Positions 37,818-52,853 of a stretch of 64,000 nucleotides of DNA are shown here, in pieces. The stretch lies in assembly GCA_964016885.1 (NCBI GenBank), contig OZ024743.1, positions 175,088,001 through 175,152,000 on the forward strand. Direction: 5' to 3'. Each line of letters opens with the position of its first letter. Position 1 is the first letter of the stretch. The DNA is from Eledone cirrhosa. Taxonomy: Eukaryota. The notes beneath the pieces are model-generated. The model was not told where the DNA came from, did no database searches, and was given only the letters and a program-made list of their open reading frames with translations. The translations under genes were made by a program, and so were the position numbers.

Positions 37818-40800
37818 CAAAAAACGTAAAGAAAATAAGAATGAAGAGAGAAGCAGGCGGACGGACAGAGAAGAGGGGGGAAAAACTAAAACTAAAAAAA
37901 CAAAAACTAAGTCAGACATTCGAACACTACATTACAATGAAACTTATGCTTATTCATTTTTGGGGCCCTTTCTGCCTGTGTGTTTGTTTGTTTATGTGTG
38001 TTCGTATACAGCGTGGTGATAATGCCACACAAGGGCCAAGTGGAACGGCGAATCCACAGATGGCTATGTAACCATACATTCGCCAATCCTCGATAAGAGT
38101 GTTTAAATATCGAACATAAACAGTTCGAATAACGGTGAAATGGAGACTAGAACGTCATGTGACAGACTCTCACCCAACAGGTGCCCCCTGGCTCAGCAGC
38201 AGGAACCTGACTGTCAACCAAATACTGCTGATGTTGGAGGAAGAAGAAGAAGGAAATGGGCCAGAACCAACTGGACGAAAGAATTGAATAGAACTGTTAT
38301 GCAATGTTACCTGAAAAGTAACCCCAAGGAGAGGGGCTACAGGAGACGGATGCATAACATCTGGAACGAGATTGGTCTATTTAAATTAGATGAACAAAAA
38401 TTGGCCGGGCAGGCTCGGTGGATAAGCGAGCTGGAACTGGAGGAACTGAGCAGAGAGAATGGCTTGGAGATGGCGGGTGTAGTATGCCAGACAAGCGAGC
38501 CAGTGGGAAATGAAGGTGAAGAGGTCCCGAGAACGGAGGAACCACCCGAAGCAGACAATGATCTGAATACTGAGATAAATAATACCTGGAACAGAGATAC
38601 GGCCACTGAGGAGATGAATGCTGACGGGCTAGGACAAGATTCGGTTGACATCCTAAATTTAGTGGTAGATGAATTGAACAATGATAGTGGGAGACCTATG
38701 AATCTAAGATTTGTAGACAGGAAAAAGTTAAAAGAAACAACAGCTAAGGTAAACAAAGTCATCCCATACCTTGAGGCGAGGAGCCTTCACCAGTGCAACA
38801 ATATCCTCAAAGCAACAGCAAATACGGTGAGGAAACTACTTGGTATAAAAGCGAAGAGGAAACAACAAACAAGAAAGATCAGAGCCTTGGTGGAAGAAAC
38901 GACTGAGTGGTCAAATCAGGATCAGGGAAATGAGAAATGACATTGGAAAGCTTGAGTCCCTACTGAATGGGACACTAAAAAACATAGACACTAAAAATAG
39001 ACTGGAAATAAAGTACAAAACTAGGAGGAAAAAGCTAAATCTTATCATAGAGGAACTGAAGCAACGCATTGTAGCAAAGAGTGCAAAAATCAGGCGATAC
39101 GAGAACAGAGTCAGTCAGTTTAGACAGAACCGCATGTTCGACAACAACCAGAAGATGCTGTTTGGACAGCTTGAAGGGAAAGAAAGAGGCAACGACTTGA
39201 TCCCTGAGGCGGAACAAACTAAAACATTCTGGAGAGGAATATGGGAGCAGGATGTTAAACATAATGACCAGGCAGTGTGGATTGAGACAGTACAGAAGGA
39301 GATTAGTGAACAGGCACACCAACAAACTGATTTGAGTATCACAGTTGAAACTCTTAAGGGGCAGGCCAAAAAACTAACCCACTGGAAATCACCAGGCCCA
39401 GATGGTGTGCAGGGGTATTGAATTAAAAATATAACATCCCTCCACCCGAAACTGACAACCATGTTCAATGACTGCTTGGTGTCGGGTGAGGTGCCAGAGT
39501 GGTTGACAAAAAGTACCACAGTTCTGATAATGAAAGACCGAATCAAGGGTAATGATGTTACCAACTATAGACCTATCACATGTCTGTCCGTAATGTGGAA
39601 ACTGTTGACAAGCATTATGTCTGAGGAAATCTACCATCACCTCCACACAAACAACTTGTTACCGGACGAACAGAAAGGATGCCGAAAGAAGTCACGTGGT
39701 ACAAAGGACCAGTTACTTATTGATAAGATGGTAATGAGGAATTGCAAGAGGAGACACACTGGTCTTGCCATGGGATGGATAGACTACAAAAAGGCATTTG
39801 ACATGGTGCCTCATTCTAGGATCACCAAAAGCCTGGAGATCTTCAAGGTGGCAGATAACATCAGACAGTTGTTGGGCAAAAGTATGAAGTCCTGGAAAAC
39901 AGAGTTAACATCGGGCGGAGAATCCTTGGGAAGCGTGAAGATCAAGAGAGGTATCTTCCAGGGAGATAGTCTGTCCCCTCTGTTGTTTGTCCTTGCCCTG
40001 ATGCCCCTGACCAGTGTACTGCGAAAAGTGAGAGCAGGATACGGGTTGGGAAAGGGAGGGCTTACCATCAATCACCTCCTCTTCATGGACGATCTTAAGC
40101 TCTTCGGGAAGATTGAGAAGGAGTTGGATGTGCTTGTTGACACTGTCCGTATTTTCAGCAATGATATATGTATACAATTTGGTATTAGTAAGTGTGGAGT
40201 CCTTGTGATAAAGAGGGGTAAATTGAGCAGAAGTAACGGAATCCAGGTACCAACAGGTGAGATGATAAAGGAAATTGACTCTGAAGAAGGATACAAGTAT
40301 TTGGGTGTTCTGGAGGCTCATGACACCAAGAACAAAAAAATGAAGGAATTGATAAGAACTGAATACATTCGGAGAGAAAGGAGCGTATTAAAGTCACATC
40401 TGAACAGTAGGAATGCCATAAGTGCAGTAAATTCCCGAGCAGTGTCTATTATTAGGTATAGTGCGGGAATTCTGAGATGGAATGTAGCTGAACAAAAAGA
40501 AATGGATAGGAAGACTAGGAAGCTATTGACTATCTACAACATGTTCCACAAGAGGAGTGATGTCGATAGACTCTACTTAAGGAGATCTGAAGATGGAAGA
40601 GGTCTTATCATCCTAGAGGACTGTGTTCAGATGGAGAAAAACAACCTACACAAATACGTGACTGATAGTAAGGAGCCAATGCTCAGAACTGTACTGAAGG
40701 AGGGGACAATAGACCAGGGGATGTCCAAGGAGGAAATAACAACAAGGAGAAAGAGCAGCCTTCAGGAAAAATCCCTTCATAGTACCTTCTTTGAGAAAAC

Positions 40801-41600
40801 TGAATTCAGAGATCCACAGACATGGAACTGGTTGAAAAGAGGAGACCTTAAAAAGGCTACAGAAGGAATGTTAATGGCTGCGCAGGAGAAGGAGCTCAAA
40901 ACGTAGTGGTTGAAACACCATATTTACAAGGAGGAGGCTAGCCCACTGTGCAAGATCTGTGGAGAGAGAGAGGAGACTGTGGCTCACATTGTGTCCGAGT
41001 GTAAACACCTAGCCCAGACCCACTATAAGGGCTGGAGACATGATGTGATGGGCAGGGTGATCCACTGGCACCTATGCAAAGTAAACAATTTACCACATTC
41101 AGAGAAGTGGTATGAGCATAAGCCAGAGTCGGTGATAGAAAACGATCAGGTGAAGGTGCTGTAGGATTTTTGGATACAGACGGACAAGAAACTGGAACAC
41201 AATAGACCTGACCTGGTGGTTGTGGACAAAGAAAAAAGATCGTCCCTGATTGTGGATGTGGCCTGCCCATTCGACACGAGAGTGCAAGAGAAGGAGAGGG
41301 AGAAAATTAACCGATACCAGGACTTAAAGTGGGAGGTAAAAAGGATTTGGAACTGCCATGAAGTCAAAGTGGTCCCGATTGTCATAGGCGCACTAGGTAC
41401 TATCTCAAAAAGTTTCCAGGGATGGTTAAAGAAAATTGGCCCCTTCACGCTTTTTGGAACGCCTCAAAAGGCATGCTTTCTGGGAACAGCAAGAACCCTC
41501 CGATACGTCCTGAATATCTGAGGCTGCAGGTAGTGGCTTGATATTCATTTCAACAAACTTTCCAGTTAACTAACATCAATGACTGAGACTCAAAGAATAA
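37815..41600 (+). mobile_element. Full-length R4/Dong-like non-LTR retrotransposon (ORF 38140-41521, pseudogenised)
   Basis: WIDYKKAFD, GIFQGDSLSP, LFMDDLK, CKICGEREETVAHIVSEC knuckle, NRPDLVVVD...DVACPFD...EK RLE; frameshift near 38900 and stops at 39419, 40904, 41162; (TAA)n upstream and aataataat downstream. Confidence 0.93.
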
Positions 41601-41604
41601 TAAT

Positions 41605-44600
41605 CATCAGCCACGGCATGCCCAGCCCTCCACGTAGCGAGTGTTGACAACAGATGGACCGCCTGACCATCGGAGCGCATCCCTTCCACAAAAAGCGAAA
41701 GAGCAAACACTCCTGCGCAGTCAGGCGGGGCTTAGGACAAGGTACGACGGTCAGGCGGTAGCAGATGACAGATGCGATGTACGCGTTAGGCACCTCCGCT
41801 CGACCTTTCAGGGATAGCTTCCTCTCCGCCCATTTCTGGGTGAGAGAAGCCACCCTACTCGTCACCTCGTCCCAGTTTTTGTCCATCTGGAGGTCCGTGC
41901 CAGGTTCCCTAGCTACCCTCTCTACGATGTATCGCATGAGGTGGAGGTTGTCGTGGACGGATCTGTCGGGAATGGCGCATGTCTGCGCCTCTCCCACCAG
42001 ACCACCAATGACAAGCGCCAACCTCTTTGCTAGCACCTTGGCCAAAATCTTGAACTCTGTGTTTAGCAGAGTTATGGGCCTGAAATTATCTATGTTATCC
42101 CCCTTGTTCGGATCCTTTCTCAGCAGTGCCACCGCTCCTCGGCTCACAGAGCTGGGAATTCTCCCGTTCTGTTGCCAGTTGCAGTAGACGTCCGCCAAGA
42201 GCCTCCGAACAAGTCTGGCATCTGTACGTAAAGTTCATAGGGCAGACCATCCAAACGAAGCGATTTACCCCTTGTGCAGCCAGTCATTGCCTCCCGTACT
42301 TCAGCGGCTGTTATCGGCTTTTCGCAACACTCCGCCTCAGTGGCCGAAAGCCGCGGCAGTCCGTCGAGGTAGACACTAAAGTCTATCCCTCGACCCGGCC
42401 CACCGCTGCCCCCGAACAGCTGAGCGAAGTAACGCTGAAAAGCTTCACACATTTGCCCGGGATCGAGTAGCATGCGCCCGTCGTGGTCCACTAAAGACCG
42501 GATCGTGGCTTTGTTGCCACGGCGCGCCTCCGCCACTCGGGCCCATTGAACGGCTTTCGTCCCCTCGTGTCTGAGAGCACGCACCCTAGCTCTGAAAACG
42601 CAGCCTTCGTGCTTTGCATTGAAGAATTGGTCAAGGGCCAATTTCGCGCCAAGAACGTCGGTCGCGATGCCTTTGCTAAGCGCCTCGTTTAATTTTCTAA
42701 CTAGTTCTCACTCTGCTCTATTTTTCTCTATTGCTAAAGCCTTACTAAACCTAATGGACTCTATTCTAATCGCTCTTTTCAGAGAAAACCACCACTTGTT
42801 GTTGACGATGGCCCCCGTCAACGCCCGCTTAACTAGTTCGCTAATCCAGTCTCTGTAGGCCTTGCGCGCTGGTAAGGACGCGTTTAGCTTCCAGTAGCCG
42901 GGTCCTCGTCTATGAAGCCTATCTAAGTCAAGCACACAGATCACGAATTTGTGGTCCGTGTAGCTGACTATCTTGAATTGTGGACAGCCTATGCTAGACC
43001 TATCTATTTCCCTACAAAATACTCTATCTAGATATGATCTGGATGACCCTATGCGATTTGTCCAAGTCCACATTGGCACATTCGGGAAATCCAATCGGTA
43101 CCTGTCAGACAGTTCAAAACGCCTGAGCAGGTTGGTGAGGCTCTTGCACCCTCCTCCCCTATCCGCTAATCCCACACAGTCCCAGCGTGCATCCAAGATC
43201 CCGTTCCAGTCGCCCACTAACACTAAAGAGCGGGACGTTCCAAGAAAGGTAGCTGACTATCTTGAATTGTGGACAGCCTATGCTAGACCTATCTATTTCC
43301 CTACAAAATACTCTATCTAGATATGATCTGGATGACTCTATGCGATTTGTCCAAGTCCACATTGGCATATTCGGGAAATCCAATCGGTACCTGTCAGACA
43401 GTTCAAAACGCCTGAGCAGGTTGGTGAGGCTCTTGCACCCTCCTCCCCTATGCGCTAATCCCACACAGTCCCAGCGTGCATCTAAGATCCCGTTCCAGTC
43501 GCCCACTAACACTAAAGAGCGGGTCGTTCCAAGAAAGGTCTCCAGACGCCGGAAGAAATCAGGCCGCCCTGCTCCTGTCGGGGCATAGACGCCCACTAGC
43601 CTGAAAGCTTGCCCGTCTCCGCTGGTCACGTCCAGCAACACCAACTTACCCTCTGGGTTCAAGAAGATGGCCCGTATGGCGAGATCCAAACCTCTCCGAA
43701 AAAGCACAGCAACTCCTCCCCCCGATCCAGGACGGCTGGGAGATGCGTACACATCGTAGCCGCCGAAGATCGGTGTGAAGGCACGTGCTTCGGAGATTCT
43801 GGTCTCGCTGATGGCCACTACATCTATGTTTAGTGACTTGAGGTCGTTGAGCAGGTGGCCCTGCTTCCATGACGACTCCAAGCCACGCGCATTTATGCTG
43901 CCTATTCTGAGTGAGGTCATGTTGAAATGGAGTGGAAAAGATGGGAAAGACCACTTACCGTACTTTTCGTAGAGGAAGGATGGTTTCTCCATCCCTTTTC
44001 ACTTGATCGTCTGGTGAAGGGACCGTTGAATCGTCCTTTCGGCTGGTCGTCGGCTCTTCTATGTGTATGTCCAAATATACTCTTCGGTTGAGAGTCCCTC
44101 CTAGGTCTCTGAAATCACCAACTGCGTTGGGGAATTTCGTTTTAATGTTTGTGTATTGTTTCTGTGCTATTTTTAGCAGTCTTATGTTCAATGGTGTTTT
44201 GATTGGTGCTGGTATTATGTAGTCGTGCTGTGAAATGTCTGTGTGTTCAATTATGTAAGTCATTAGTTTCTTGTGTGTATTTATTTCCGTGCATTTGTTT
44301 TTCTGGGGGTGGGGTGTGGTTCTGCTATTTTCTTGTCGTTGTTGCTGGGTGTGTGTGTTTTGTTGTTGTGTTTGCGATGTTGGTGCTGGTGGTGTTGAAG
44401 GTGTTGTTGTTGTTGGCGGTGGGGTTGTCGCCGGTGGTGATAGTGGTGCTAGTGTGAGTGGTGATGGTGTTGGTGGTGTTGCTGCTGTGAGTCTCTTTGC
44501 AGTAACCTTTACCCTCTTTTCATTTCTTTCCCCCCTTTTCGAAGGCGACGATGCGCTGCTTCTGCGTTTGTGCCTTCTCGCGACCTTTTGCCATCCTTAT

Positions 44601-45658
44601 CCCACCTCACACTCCATGTCTGATTCTGTAAGGTCGGGGAGGGGTACCAGCTCCACTCTTTCACTTGTTGTTGTTGGTGATGTTTGCAGTGGAGTCTCTG
44701 TTGGAGCTGCAGTTAGTATTATTGTTGTTGTTGTTAATACTTCCACTGCTGCTGCTGTTCTTGATTTCCGTGGCGTGGGTATGGTGCCACGGACCTATCG
44801 TTCCTGGTTGCCGCTTGTCCTGTTGCTGGTTTCGGAAGGAGGGGGGGTTTCTCCTTTCTCAGGGTCTTCTCGTTGCAGAAGGCCCTGAGGTGAGTCTTTG
44901 ATCCACAGCGAAAGCATTTCGGTCGTTTGCCCTCAACACTTATGGGCAGTTGAGTGTCGTTATCGAAGTCTATCACATCCGGGATAGCTTCGATGCACTC
45001 CTGGTTGGTTTGGATTAACATCTCAATGGAGGTACCGACCCAATCTTCTCTTACTCTTTTCTGTACTTGCAGTACAGTTGTTTTGTCCTCGATTCCAACG
45101 AGGACAGACGCAGCCAGCCAAGAAGGGGCCATCCCAGGGGGGACGTGGGTCAGTTTGACCCTCACAATTTTTTGCCCGCAGTAGGAGGGCACCAACACCA
45201 TTTCCTCGCTCCTTAGGGTCACTAAGGATTGAGCCTTTTCCTCCTGGGGTGTAGAAAAAGCACGTCTACGGTGGCATATTTCTTGCCTCGGGTGATATGC
45301 GTTTTCCGCTGCCACACAGACCCTAAGGCTTTTTGTATTTGAGCCTCTGTGGCTCTTTCAACCCTACGGGATTTTGTGCTTACTGTACGGTACGTGACCG
45401 TACAGTGCTGTTGGGTTTCGAAACATTTTTCGGCTGCCTTGCAGATTGCTCGGTGTCCGGTTTTCGTCACCATCTTCTTCGCTTCCTGTAATTCCTCATT
45501 TGTTATGAAGATGGTTTCCAGGTTCTTTGCGATACCTGCAAACGAGATTGGTTTTTCCTTGCTGCTGTTGTTGTTGTTGTTGTCGTCAGAGCTGCTGTTA
45601 CTTTTGTTGTTGCTGCAGGTACTACGTCTACTGCCGCCGCCGCTGTTGCTGTGGTTGT

Positions 45659-45690
<32 letters not shown>

Positions 45691-46258
45691 TTGCTGCTAA
45701 TGCTGTTGTTGTTTATGCTGCTGCTGATGCTGTTGCGGCTGCTACTGTTGTTTTCCTTGTCACTGTTGCTGCTGCTGCTGTTATTACGGCTGCTACTGCT
45801 ATTATTCCTGACGTCAGACGAATGAAATGGGTTTTCGTATTTACCGCACTCCTTTTTCGTCGTTGTCGTCGTCGTGAAGAAATGTTCCAAGCTTTGCACG
45901 TGATTTTGTAAACTATTTTTCTTTACTGGCGTCGCTTGCGAAAGAGAATGGAGGGAGAGAGACAATCTTCTCTCTGCTATAGTGACGATTGAGGAAGAAG
46001 AAAACGGAATGAGTGGGAGTGACTTGTGAAAATTCTTTTTCGTAGCCATGTTTTATTTTGGTTTAAAATAAATATTGGGCACAAAACCCCAATAAGCGGT
46101 TATTTAACCCCGAAGGGCCAAATAACGGGCAGAAAGACCCCTCTAACGAGGAGGATGGTGTTTTTGTCTACAATTTGGTTAAAGCTTGAAACAATTTACA
46201 ATTGTTATAGCGGTCAAAATTTACAATACCTTACAGAGCCGAGCCTCCGTCAACCATG
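41605..46258 (-). mobile_element. Tx1/L1-clade LINE: ORF1 (CCHC knuckle) + APE + partial RT, rearranged
   Basis: ORF1 from 46049 with CFRCGSKTHLRAFC; ORF2 GSINARGL, ISETR, GDWN, YLDRVF, TDH, GYWKLN, FRPITLLN; RT core deleted near 41895; 3' end missing. Confidence 0.93.
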
Positions 46259-46264
46259 GCATTC

Positions 46265-46295
<31 letters not shown>

Positions 46296-46321
46296 GTACA
46301 CTATTAATAATTATTAATGCA

Positions 46322-46600
46322 ATCGTGCAATGCCTGTGCGTGACGAATATTTTTAAAGTGAGGAAAGACTGTGCACTGAGCTAATCCCACTCTCTGAGCG
46401 ACAGTAGTTATAACCCGAAAAGAAGAAAAGATCAACATCATCGGTAACTACTGAGCCGCAGGTTTTATGTCGGAGTTAACCCAGTTTCCTGAGATGCCTT
46501 CTCCTAGAAGAATGCCCTGACAAGGGCTAGGGGTTCTTCACTCCCAGTGGTTTAACTGCACGATCGGGCATCCAGCCCGATTATTTCTATGTCCCCGCGC
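46322..46600 (-). repeat. Dispersed about 280-bp repeat (copy 2)
   Basis: Highly similar to 31276-31525; abuts a TAA-rich tract. Confidence 0.8.
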
Positions 46601-46844
46601 AAAAAAAAAAAAAATCACTTATTGACACTTATTCGTACGACATACACACACGCGCATACATACGCGCGCTCACACACGCATACATACGCGCGCACACAGC
46701 AACACTGATACATACAAACAAACACACACACGCTACTCACTTACAAGATTATGTCAACTGTTGACTTTCAAGTGTTCGTATAGTTAAAGCCGTTCGTATT
46801 ACAGTCCAGTATTATTATAATTGCTTTACAGCATAGAGCTATGG

Positions 46845-46960
46845 TTCTCCACGCTCTGAGCTTAAATCCCGCCGAGGTCAACCTTGCCTTTCATCCCCAC
46901 GGAGTCAACAAAAGAGAGTACCAGTAATGCGCTGGACCAGTCGCTGGATCCGTGCCAAAA
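46845..46960 (+). mobile_element. tRNA-derived SINE fragment
   Basis: ctgagcttaaatcccgccgaggtcaaccttgcctttcatcc. Confidence 0.8.
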
Positions 46961-47707
46961 GCATACATACATACATACATACATAATACATACATACATA
47001 CATACATACATACATACATACATACATACATACATACATACATACATACATAATGGCTGCATGTCGGTTTCTAGAATTGTCATGCCTTGACGTTTTTTCT
47101 CTCACATGGTTGGCACGAACATGAACTTTTCGTCCAGTCAAAGACTTAGATTCTTTTCCGGAAATGCTGTAGCAAAACAATAATGAAACGGCCATGATCA
47201 CATAACACACGCTTAGACCAAGTGATGCCTGTGCTTGAAGCATTTTTAAGTGAAGGAAGGCTTTACATTGAACCAATCTCACTCTCTGAACAACGATGAC
47301 AGATATCGAAAACGAAAAACAGGTCAACATCATTGGCTGGCATCGAGTTACATTATATCAATACAATAAGTTCTGTGGCGATATGTCCGATTAATCTAGA
47401 TGGTGCTCTAGTATGACAGTAGTCTAATGTCTGAAACCAGTTACAGAATAAAAGAGTAAAAGTCATCTACAAGTCTAAAGTAAACACATATGGCGTGACA
47501 TTTAAATTACAATTTCCAATTTATTATTAATATTTATTATTTGGCAATACAAAAAAAACAACAAAATATAAAGTTATAATGAAAATTAATCTAATATTTA
47601 TATTTATATTCTCCCCATTCTTATTTTCTCTCCCTATCTTTTAAGCTTCGGATTTCTGCTAATCTCACCCTTTATAACTCTATTGTGTGTGTGTGTGTTT
47701 GTGTGTG

Positions 47708-47744
<37 letters not shown>

Positions 47745-47789
47745 TGATTACATACGAATACACATATATATATGATTTCATACCACCAA

Positions 47790-49913
47790 CATGGCTATGC
47801 TAAGAGTAGGCTGTCTAAATGCGCGTGGCCTGCGCGTGGCCTTGGAAGCAAGCAATGCTTTTAAATGACCTCAGGTCACAACGTATAGATGTGATGGTTA
47901 TTTGCGAGGCCCGGATCAGCAACGTGCGACAGCTGGCCCCCACCTTTGATGACTTTGAGATGCACGCATCTCTCTGTCAGCCCGGAGGTGGGGGTTGGGT
48001 TGTCGTTCTGCTGCAAAAACATCTGGGTCTCGCAACACAGACGGTACATTTGGACCCCGAGGGTCGACTAGTGGTTCTGGACCTTGGTAGTGGTGAAGGC
48101 GGAGCGTTTAGGTTGGTAGCCGCCTACGGCCCTTTCGGGTCAATGCCGCCGGACTTCTTCCATCGTCTGGAGACTTTTCTAGGGAAATCCCGCTGCTTGC
48201 TATTAGTGGGGGACTGGAATGGTATCCTAGATGCACGCTGGGACTACGTAGGGGCCTGTCCCGGTAGAGAAGGGTGTAATAGCCTCAAAGGGTTAATCGG
48301 TCGATTTGACCTTGCCGATAGATATCGACTAGATTTTCCGACTGCGCCAACCTGGGCAAACCGTAGCGGATCATCTAGGTCGTACCTAGATAGGTTCTTA
48401 GTTAGAAATAAGGATAAGGAATTTTTAAGTTGTTCAAAAATGCGCATGGTTGGCTATTCAGACCACAAGTTAGTGACCTGCATGGTCAACCTTGACAGAA
48501 CTCATAGACAGGGACCCGGTTACTGGAAGCTCAACTTGTCCTTACCGGCAAGTAAGGCTTACAGGGACCGGATTAGCACTTTAGTTAAGGAGCGGTTGAC
48601 GGGCGCCATCGTCAACAGCAGGTGGTGGGGATCTCTCAAAAGAGAGATTAGAGTAGTCCCTATAGAATTTAGTAACGAATTATCCTCAAATAGAAATAGG
48701 AAGGAAAGGGAGTTGGTAGATAGTGTAGAAGAGGCAATTAGAAGCGGCAACGTGGCCAGAGTACTAGCGTCGAGAACAGTCCTAGGCCAGTTCTTCGACG
48801 CGAAACACGAAGGCTGCATCGTCCGAAGCAAAATACGTGCTCTGGGAAACGAGGGACCAAAGCTGTTAGCTGGGCCCGCGTGACAGAAGCCAAAAGAGGG
48901 AGTAGATCCACTATCCGGTCTTTGCGAGACCAGGATGGACGGGTGATCCTTGAGCCTAAGCAGATGTGCGAGGCTTTTCAAAAGCACTTTGCCAGATTGT
49001 TCGGAAGGGGTAGGGAGCCGGTTGGGGGAAGTGGACTTCGGTCCATAACTCGACGGCCTGCCGCGTCTCTCAGACAGGGAGGTGAAGTCCTGCGAGGAGC
49101 CCATTTCAGCTGCTGAGATAGAGGACGTGCTGAGCCAATGCACCAAACGCAAATCCCCGGGTCTCGATGGTCTTCCATACGAACTATATCTAGCTATGCC
49201 GGACTTGTTCCCCGATCTCCTCGAGGCAGTCTACTGCAACTGGCATCAGAACGAGAGAATTCCCTGTGCCGTGACCAAGGGCGTAGTCACGCTAGTGAGG
49301 AAGGACGAGAACAAGGGGGACGATATAAATAATTTCAGGCCCATAACTCTGCTACATACAGAGTTAGAGATTTTGGTCAAGGTGCTAGCAAAGAGGTTGG
49401 CGCTTGTCGTGGGCAACCTGGTGGGAGATGCGCAGACATGTGCTATGCCGTCCAGGTCCATCCACGACAACCTCCACCTCATGCGATACATCATAGAGAG
49501 GGTTGGGAACGAACCCGGCTTTGGTGGGGCCCTGATCAACTTGGATCAATCTAAAGCGTTCGATAGGGTTGACCATGGTTACCTGGATGCGGTGCTAGCG
49601 GCTGCAGGCTTCGGACCCATTTTCAGGGCCTTCACTCTACATCAGACGAGAGGTGAGGAAGATGAAAGATCAAGGGAGCACCCCCTCTCTGTGCTCCCGA
49701 GGAGAAGGGTTGTACACTTGTTTTCGGGGGTGTGAGCGACCCCCAAGGCGCCTCCTCCTTATTGAGGATTTTGTTACAAAATTTATTTTGTTATATTTTA
49801 TTTTATTTTAATATTTTTTTATTGCCTCCTCCTTATTGAGGACGCATTCACATGTAAACTCCCCCCTTGTACTTGTCCCACTTTTTGATGCCCTGGTGGC
49901 AAATAAAAAGAAA
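47790..49913 (+). mobile_element. Tx1/L1-clade LINE: APE + N-terminal RT, internal deletion, 3' end retained
   Basis: GDWN, YLDRFL, SDH, GYWKLN, SPGLDGLP, FRPITLL, LDQSKAFDRV; jumps at about 49627 to a 3' terminus with aataaaaagaaag. Confidence 0.92.
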
Positions 49914-50017
49914 GTTATCTATATATCTATTCATATCTATATCTATCTATCTACCTATCTATATCTATTTATAAAGAAACATATCTATATCTATTTATCT
50001 ACCTATCTATCTATATC

Positions 50018-50131
<114 letters not shown>

Positions 50132-50254
50132 GGAGGTGAGTTTTATTATAGTACAATAAAGCAATGCAGATATCGGATAAGAAGCACTCTACAGTTTGTA
50201 GGACTGGAGTATACATAATATAAGATCAAAAGATGATTAAAGGAGTTCCATGTA

Positions 50255-50321
50255 TTTTATTATGCGCATTTCAAAAACAAACATCATCATGCAATAATAT
50301 TTGTGTTTTCATCAGATAAAA
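50255..50321 (-). ncRNA. Type I hammerhead ribozyme
   Basis: Reverse complement of 52854-52920. Confidence 0.85.
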
Positions 50322-52853
50322 TAGGAGAACATGATATGAAGGCTAAAAAACACTTGTGGATAGTGCAGTTTTAAATCAACATATGAAAAGTGGTTTTAGA
50401 TTGATGTGTGATATTGGGAAAAATATTTTATTTAGAGAGGGGGGGGGGGGGGTGGAAAGGATGAAAAAGGGGAGGAGATGAGAGTGAAGGTGGAGAGGGA
50501 GAGATGGGTGATAGAGAGAAAGAGATAGTTTTTATAACTGAGAGAAGATATATTGTTTTACATAGAGAGGTTGAAAACCGTTGGAAGATAATGTATAAAT
50601 TAAAAGAATTTGAAAATTAACGAAGGGAAAAATATGTACGAGGAAAAAATATTTTATTTAGGGAGGGGGGGTGGAAAGGATGAAAAAAGGGGAGGAGATG
50701 AGAGTGAAGGTGGAGAGGGAGAGATGGGTGATAGAGAGAAAGAGATAGTTTTTATAACTGAGAAAAGATATATTGTTTTACATAGAGAGGTTGAGAACCG
50801 TTGGAAGATAATGTATAAATTAAAAGAATTTGAAAATTAACGAAGGGAAAAATATGTACGAGGAAAGAGAGGGAGTTTATGTATGAAGATAGAGAGAAAA
50901 AATAATAATTGCGGATGAATATTCTAACGTCAAAAAGGTGTATGTTGATAAAGTATTGTGGCAATTTCAAAATTAACGAAGAGAAAAAATTATTAAGGTT
51001 TGTGTGTAGAAGGATTTGAGAAAAATAATGTGAAGTTAAAGTTTGTATATTGAAGTTAAAGTTTGTATATTTGATAATATGTGCGAAGAAAGAGTTAATA
51101 TGTATTAAGAATGAGTTCGTTGATGGGGAGAAAAAAATAATAAATTAAGGATGAAATTGAGATTAAAAAGTTTTATGATAGAGAGAAAAAATAATAATAA
51201 TTGCGGATGAATATTCTAACGTCAAAAAAACAAATGTATATGTTATGAAGGATTTTACAAGGTGAAGATAGAATGAGGGTAATGAGTAAACAAGTATTAT
51301 AGAGTGTATAATGCCCTTTGAAGTAAGGTAGGAAGATGGGTATATTTTAAAGAGGTGTATGTATATGTGCCTTTGAGAAAAGATTCTAAATTGATAAAGA
51401 ATTGAATATTAGCTGTATACTTTGTGAAAAGTCCTATGGAATTTATGCAGGCAGATAGAAAACAAATCTGTACGTCTATTTATTATAGAATCTAGATTAG
51501 AGATAATGGTAAATTTTTCATTTAGGCAGAGATTACAGATTTTAGATAGAGAGCTGTTCAAGTATGAGGATGCAGAAGAAACCTTCTTCCAAAAGATGGT
51601 ATATTTAATGTTTTTGTCTTTCAAGGACCATATGAGTTCTGAGAGAGCCGTGTTGGTTCTTTTAAGTTTGTATTTAATTCTTTATCAATTTAGAATCTTT
51701 TCTCAAAGGCACATATACATACACCTCTTTAAAATATACCCATCTTCCTACCTTACTTCAAAGGGCATTATACACTCTATAATACTTGTTTACTCATTAC
51801 CCTCATTCTATCTTCACCTTGTAAAATCCTTCATAACATATACATTTGTTTTTTTGACGTTAGAATATTCATCCGCAATTATTATTATTTTTTCTCTCTA
51901 TCATAAAACTTTTTAATCTCAATTTCATCCTTAATTTATTATTTTTTTCTCCCCATCAACGAACTCATTCTTAATACATATTAACTCTTTCTTCGCACAT
52001 ATTATCAACTCCTTCAATATACAAACCTTAACTTCACATTATTTTTCTCAAATCATCTAATACACAAACCTTAATAATTTTTTAATACATATTAACTCTT
52101 TCTTCGCACATATTATCAATTCCTTCAATATACAAACTTTAACTTCACATTATTTTTCTCAAATCCTTCTACACACAAACCTTAATAATTTTTTCTCTTC
52201 GTTAATTTTGAAATTGCCACAATACTTATCAACATACACCTTTTTGACGTTAGAATATTCATCCGCAATTATTATTTTTTCTCTCTATCTTCATACATAA
52301 ACTCCCTCTCTTTCCTCGTACATATTTTTCCCTTCGTTAATTTTCAAATTCTTTTAATTTATACATTATCTTCCAACGGTTCTCAACCTCTCTATGTAAA
52401 ACAATATATCTTTTCTCAGTTATAAAAACTATCTCTTTCTCTCTATCACCCATCTCTCCCTCTCCACCTTCACTCTCATCTCCTCCCCTTTTTTCATCCT
52501 TTCCACCCCCCTCCCTAAATAAAATATTTTTTCCTCGTACATATTTTTCCCTTCGTTAATTTTCAAATTCTTTTAATTTATACATTATCTTCCAACGGTT
52601 TTCAACCTCTCTATGTAAAACAATATATCTTCTCTCAGTTATAAAAACTATCTCTTTCTCTCTATCACCCATCTCTCCCTCTCCACCTTCACTCTCATCT
52701 CCTCCCCTTTTTCATCCTTTCCACCCCCCACCCCCCTCTCTAAATAAAATATTTTTCCCAATATCACACATCAATCTAAAACCACTTTTCATATGTTGAT
52801 TTAAAACTGCACTATCCACAAGTGTTTTTTAGCCTTCATATCATGTTCTCCTG

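Noticed and set aside
39419-39421. In-frame TGA in the R4 ORF as possible selenocysteine or readthrough
   Set aside because: Occurs at a normally Trp position (GYW) and the ORF also has TAG stops and a frameshift; ordinary decay
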